A stretch of DNA of 64,000 nt from an uncultured Bacteroidota bacterium. Its GTDB lineage: Bacteria > Bacteroidota > Ignavibacteria > UBA10030 > UBA6906. The stretch is taken from assembly GCA_963700635.1 (NCBI GenBank), contig CAVOYH010000001.1:160001-224000 (forward strand), read 5' to 3'. A model generated the notes under the pieces. It saw nothing but the letters and a program-made list of their open reading frames with translations, was not told the origin of the DNA and searched no databases. Position 1 is the first letter of the stretch; every line of letters begins with the position of its first letter. Of the stretch, positions 59,916 to 64,000 are shown piece after piece. The position numbers and the translations under genes were made by a program.

Positions 59916-62547
59916 CAAGTTTACACTAAAATCTCAGGAAGCGCTGCAACATGCACAGGAAATAGCGGCGAACTACGGCAATCCGACGATCGAGCCGGAG
60001 CATCTGCTTGCCGCCCTGGTGCAGGATCCGGCCGGCACCGTCGTGCCGATACTCCAGAAAGCCGGGGCAAATGTTAACGCCGTAAAGCTCAAGGTCCATG
60101 AACTTATTGAACGACTTCCCAAAGTCAGCGGCACTTCGTTTGTAAGTCAGGGTCTTTCCCCGGCCCTCGGACGGGTTCTGGAACTTGCGGTGAAAAAATC
60201 GCAGGAACTCAAAGACGAATACGTAAGCACGGAACATCTCGTCCTGGCTCTCGCCGAAGGCGGTGATACACAGGCCTCGCAACTGCTCAAGGGAAACGGC
60301 ATCACTCAGGATAACGTGCTCCGGGTGCTCAAGGACATCCGGGGTACCCAGCGCGTCACCGATCAGAATCCGGAGGACAAATATCAGGCCCTCCAGCGTT
60401 ACGGACGTGACCTGAATGAACTCGCCCGCAAGGGCAAGATGGATCCGGTGATCGGGCGCGATGAGGAAATCCGCAGGGTGTTGCAGGTCCTCTCCCGGCG
60501 CACGAAAAACAACCCGGTGCTCATTGGTGAACCGGGCGTCGGCAAAACGGCTATTGCCGAAGGCATCGCCGACCGGATCGTCAAAGGAGACATTCCAGAG
60601 TCGCTGAAGACCAAGCGGATTGTCGCATTGGACATGGGCTCCCTTGTGGCCGGTACAAGCTTCAGGGGACAGTTCGAGGAACGCCTCAAGGCCCTTCTGA
60701 AAGAGGTCTACGAGTCCGACGGAGAGATCATCCTGTTTATCGATGAACTCCATACGCTGGTCGGTGCCGGCGCAGCACAGGGTTCGGTTGACGCGGCGAA
60801 CATGCTGAAGCCTGCCCTTGCAAAAGGTGAGCTCCGGGCAATCGGGGCAACAACCATTGATGAGTATAGAAAATACATTGAAAAGGATCCTGCGCTCGAA
60901 CGGCGATTCCAACCGGTGCTGGTCGGCGAACCGAGCGTCGAAGATACGATCTCCATCCTGCGCGGCGTTCAGGAGCGGTATGAAGTCCATCATGGAGTCC
61001 GGATAACAGACGGAGCGCTCGTCGCTGCCGCCCAGCTCAGCGACCGATATATCGCTGACCGTTTTCTCCCTGACAAGGCCATCGACCTTATGGACGAGGC
61101 GGCCTCAAAACTCCGTATCGAAATTGATTCGCTTCCGGAAGAACTGGACATCGTGGAACGCCGCATCAAACAGCTTGAGATCGAACGGGAAGCAGTCCGA
61201 AGAGAAAATGACGACGCTTCCCAGAGCCGCCTCGCTGCTATAGAGATGGAACTTGCAGAGCAGCAGCAATCACGTTCGTCGCTCCGGGCGCACTGGCAGG
61301 TGGAGAAGGACCTTATACAGTCTATTCGGTCCCTGAAAGAACAGATCGATGCCAGCAAGGCGGAAGCAGAGCGTAAGGAACGCGAGGGGGATCTGGGAAG
61401 GGTTGCAGAGTTACGCTACGGCGTGATCACGCAACTTGAAGGCAAGGTCGCCGAAGCGTCGGCACAGTTGCGGGAGGTCCAGAAGGACACCAAAATGCTC
61501 AAGGAGGAGGTTGATGCCGAAGATATAGCGGAGATCGTCGCCCGTTGGACCGGGATACCGGTGTCGCGTATGCTGGAAAGTGAGCGCATGAAACTGTTGC
61601 GTCTGGAAGACCATCTCCATGAGCGTGTGATCGCACAGCAGGAAGCCGTAACAGCCGTGGCCAACGCCATCCGCCGATCGCGCGCAGGGCTGCAGGACGA
61701 GAAACGGCCAATCGGATCGTTCATCTTCCTGGGGAGTACCGGCGTGGGGAAAACCGAGCTGGCCCGCGCTCTTGCAGAGTTCCTGTTCAACGATGAGAAT
61801 GCCGTCGTCCGGATCGACATGAGTGAATACATGGAGAAGTTCTCCGTGTCCCGACTTATTGGCGCACCGCCGGGATATGTCGGCTATGATGAGGGTGGAC
61901 AGCTTACCGAGGCTGTGCGTCGCAAGCCTTACGCGGTGGTGCTGCTGGACGAAATCGAAAAGGCACATCCGGAAGTGTTCAACATACTCTTGCAGCTTCT
62001 GGACGAGGGGCGGTTGACCGACAGCAAGGCCCACACCGTGGATTTTAAGAATACTATCATCATCATGACCTCCAATCTGGGATCACACCTGATCAGTGAA
62101 CGGATCGCCCGCGATTTTGGAGGAAACGGCGAGTGGGAACAGTCATTTGCGGACATGAAGAATGAACTGCTGGCACTCCTGAGGCAATCCATCCGACCGG
62201 AATTTCTCAATCGGGTCGACGAGATTATCGTCTTCAAGCCGCTCACCCGGGATGATATCAGTCAAATCGTCTCCCTGCAGCTTGCCCGGGTTTCAGCACT
62301 CATCGAAAAACAGGGGTTCCATCTCGCGGTGACCGAGGAAGCCAGGGGATGGCTTGCACAGCTGGGATTTGACCCGATGTTCGGCGCGCGCCCGCTCAAA
62401 AGGGTTATCCAGCGGTACCTTGTCAACCCGTTGTCCGAGCGGCTGCTGGGGGGAGAGTTTTCCCCCGGCGATACTATAGATGTCCGGCTTGACAACCGCG
62501 GCCTCCTGACGATGGCCAGGCGTGTACAGGCCGATGTCGAACATTAG
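59905..62547 (+). CDS. clpB: ATP-dependent disaggregase ClpB
   Basis: Two Walker A motifs ([16 protein letters not shown]), long coiled-coil M domain, [15 protein letters not shown]. Confidence 0.98.
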   Translation: MNLNKFTLKSQEALQHAQEIAANYGNPTIEPEHLLAALVQDPAGTVVPILQKAGANVNAVKLKVHELIERLPKVSGTSFVSQGLSPALGRVLELAVKKSQELKDEYVSTEHLVLALAEGGDTQASQLLKGNGITQDNVLRVLKDIRGTQRVTDQNPEDKYQALQRYGRDLNELARKGKMDPVIGRDEEIRRVLQVLSRRTKNNPVLIGEPGVGKTAIAEGIADRIVKGDIPESLKTKRIVALDMGSLVAGTSFRGQFEERLKALLKEVYESDGEIILFIDELHTLVGAGAAQGSVDAANMLKPALAKGELRAIGATTIDEYRKYIEKDPALERRFQPVLVGEPSVEDTISILRGVQERYEVHHGVRITDGALVAAAQLSDRYIADRFLPDKAIDLMDEAASKLRIEIDSLPEELDIVERRIKQLEIEREAVRRENDDASQSRLAAIEMELAEQQQSRSSLRAHWQVEKDLIQSIRSLKEQIDASKAEAERKEREGDLGRVAELRYGVITQLEGKVAEASAQLREVQKDTKMLKEEVDAEDIAEIVARWTGIPVSRMLESERMKLLRLEDHLHERVIAQQEAVTAVANAIRRSRAGLQDEKRPIGSFIFLGSTGVGKTELARALAEFLFNDENAVVRIDMSEYMEKFSVSRLIGAPPGYVGYDEGGQLTEAVRRKPYAVVLLDEIEKAHPEVFNILLQLLDEGRLTDSKAHTVDFKNTIIIMTSNLGSHLISERIARDFGGNGEWEQSFADMKNELLALLRQSIRPEFLNRVDEIIVFKPLTRDDISQIVSLQLARVSALIEKQGFHLAVTEEARGWLAQLGFDPMFGARPLKRVIQRYLVNPLSERLLGGEFSPGDTIDVRLDNRGLLTMARRVQADVEH

Positions 62548-62549
62548 AG

Positions 62550-63881
62550 ATGAAATCCTCCTCCCTGTACGGGCATTTCGCCGAGCTCCTGTGCGCCATC
62601 AGGGGATCCAAAGCCCCGGCTGATGCCATAGTCCGGCGTTTCTTTAGAGAGCGCCACTATCTTGGCGGCCGAGAACGTCGGTGGCTTTCCTCGCACCTGT
62701 ACGGCGTCCTGCGGCATCTGCGTCTGATTGAACACCTTGTGCGTGAAGAGTGCTGCCTGCATCCGGCGTTTAAGGACCACACTCCTGCCATCGCCGTTGT
62801 TGCGGCGTACGGTATCATCAAAGCGGGAGAAGATGTGGCCGGGGTTTGCGACGCGGTACGGGATCGCTGGAATGGAGATATTCCGGATGCCGCTCCTGAG
62901 CTGATCCTGGGCGCTCTGGCCGAGCGCGGGGCGGCCATTCTCGGGCTTCCAGCCACCGCAAGCACTCTGGGGTTGAAGTATTCATTTGCCGACGACGTCG
63001 TTGACGAGTGGATCGGGCGCCTGGGATTGCACGAAACGGAACAACTCCTGGGTTCGTTAAACGAAGAAGCCCCGCTCAGCGTCCGGGTAAACACACTTCA
63101 ATGTACGGTTCACGAATGTGCGTCCAGATTGAGGGAGCATGGTCTGGACGTTCAGCCCGGCACTATCTCGCCGTTTTCGCTTACGTTGCCCCGCCGCGTG
63201 GTGCTTGATACGATTCCCGCATTTCGTGAGGGATGGTTCGAGATGCAAGATGAAGGCAGTCAGCTCCTCGCCCTCCTCCTGCAACCAGAACCCGGGATGA
63301 CAGTGGTGGATGCCTGTGCGGGAGGCGGGGGGAAGACATTGCACCTTGCCGCCCTTCTTGAGAACCGGGGGACACTCGTGGCCCTGGATCCGGACCGGCG
63401 GAGACTTCACAATCTCCGCGAACGGGCCCTGAGGGCCGGGGCAACGATAGGACAGATCATCGAAGCCCGCCATGACGACCCCGCACCCAGGCGGTTACAC
63501 GGTGTGGCCGATGCGGTGCTGGTTGATGCCCCCTGTTCAGGACTGGGGACGGTGCGCCGAAATCCATGGTTGAAGCTCCAGGAGGTAAAAGAACGAAGCA
63601 GGCAGCTTGCCGCCGTTCAGTATTCCATCCTTGCGGCCGCCGCATCCATGGTGAAGACTGGTGGACGGCTTGTCTACAGCACCTGCACGCTGGTGAAGGC
63701 CGAGAACGAAGATGTTATCCAGCGGTTTCTTGAAGGCCATCCTGATTTCACCCTCGCTTCCGCAGCAGAAATCCTTCACGCCTGGGGGGTCGAAATACGG
63801 GAACGGGCGCCAATGCTCACGTTGTGGCCCCATCATGCAGGGACCGATGGTTTCTTTGCCGCAGTTCTCATCCGCCAATGA
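62550..63881 (+). CDS. RsmB/NOP family rRNA m5C methyltransferase
   Basis: RVNTL, QDEGSQL, DACAGGGGK, DAPCSGLG..RRNP, YSTCT...ENE, DGFF. Confidence 0.93.
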   Translation: MKSSSLYGHFAELLCAIRGSKAPADAIVRRFFRERHYLGGRERRWLSSHLYGVLRHLRLIEHLVREECCLHPAFKDHTPAIAVVAAYGIIKAGEDVAGVCDAVRDRWNGDIPDAAPELILGALAERGAAILGLPATASTLGLKYSFADDVVDEWIGRLGLHETEQLLGSLNEEAPLSVRVNTLQCTVHECASRLREHGLDVQPGTISPFSLTLPRRVVLDTIPAFREGWFEMQDEGSQLLALLLQPEPGMTVVDACAGGGGKTLHLAALLENRGTLVALDPDRRRLHNLRERALRAGATIGQIIEARHDDPAPRRLHGVADAVLVDAPCSGLGTVRRNPWLKLQEVKERSRQLAAVQYSILAAAASMVKTGGRLVYSTCTLVKAENEDVIQRFLEGHPDFTLASAAEILHAWGVEIRERAPMLTLWPHHAGTDGFFAAVLIRQ

Positions 63882-63946
63882 AACATTGAACTTCACTCTC
63901 GCATTCCGTACGTTACAGAACAGCACGTCTCACACAGGAGGTTCGT

Positions 63947-64000
63947 ATGTCGTTTCGCACCGTTTTTCTTCCCGTTTTAGTGATCATAATGGCCGTTGTG
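63947..64000 (+). CDS. 5' end of an exported/membrane protein, truncated by the window edge
   Basis: AGGAGG RBS, then MSFRTVFLPVLVIIMAVV signal-peptide-like start. Confidence 0.55.
   Translation, partial: MSFRTVFLPVLVIIMAVV

Noticed and set aside
59926-60993. 355-aa ORF antisense to clpB, and similar antisense ORFs over mmdA, mmdB, meaB, crtI and birA
   Set aside because: Typical antisense shadows produced by codon bias, fully overlapping confident genes.

Overview
64 kb of mostly housekeeping, moderately GC-rich bacterial chromosome. Gene content suggests an FCB-group (Ignavibacteria/Bacteroidota-like) organism, which is an inference. Main blocks: (1) a membrane PDZ-GAF-PP2C phosphatase, panD, apaG, an S9 peptidase, alr, tdh, trxA, an lpoB-like pair and glgB; (2) a 12-gene photoprotection operon (crtI, B12-binding HTH regulator, crtB, crtE, CPD photolyase, crtZ, START-like protein, crtYc/Yd, VOC, SRPBCC, TIGR01777); (3) a methylmalonyl-CoA mutase / epimerase / Na+-pumping decarboxylase cluster; (4) a frameshifted uppP, a pseudo-receiver, queEC, class I fumarase and an acyl-CoA ligase; (5) an 11-subunit nuoABCDHIJKLMN cluster without nuoEFG; (6) coaX-birA, dnaK, clpB and an RsmB-family gene. 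No rRNA, tRNA, CRISPR array or mobile element was seen. Best leads: a CarH-like AdoB12 photoreceptor with an excisionase/BldC-type HTH and four 11-bp-phased operator repeats over the crtI promoter; two apparently paralogous ~75-aa proteins of no family I recognise, 40 kb apart, under different sigma factors; a sigma54 promoter with an upstream palindrome in front of dnaK; and two structured intergenic RNA candidates. All calls come from reading motifs by eye, with no database search.
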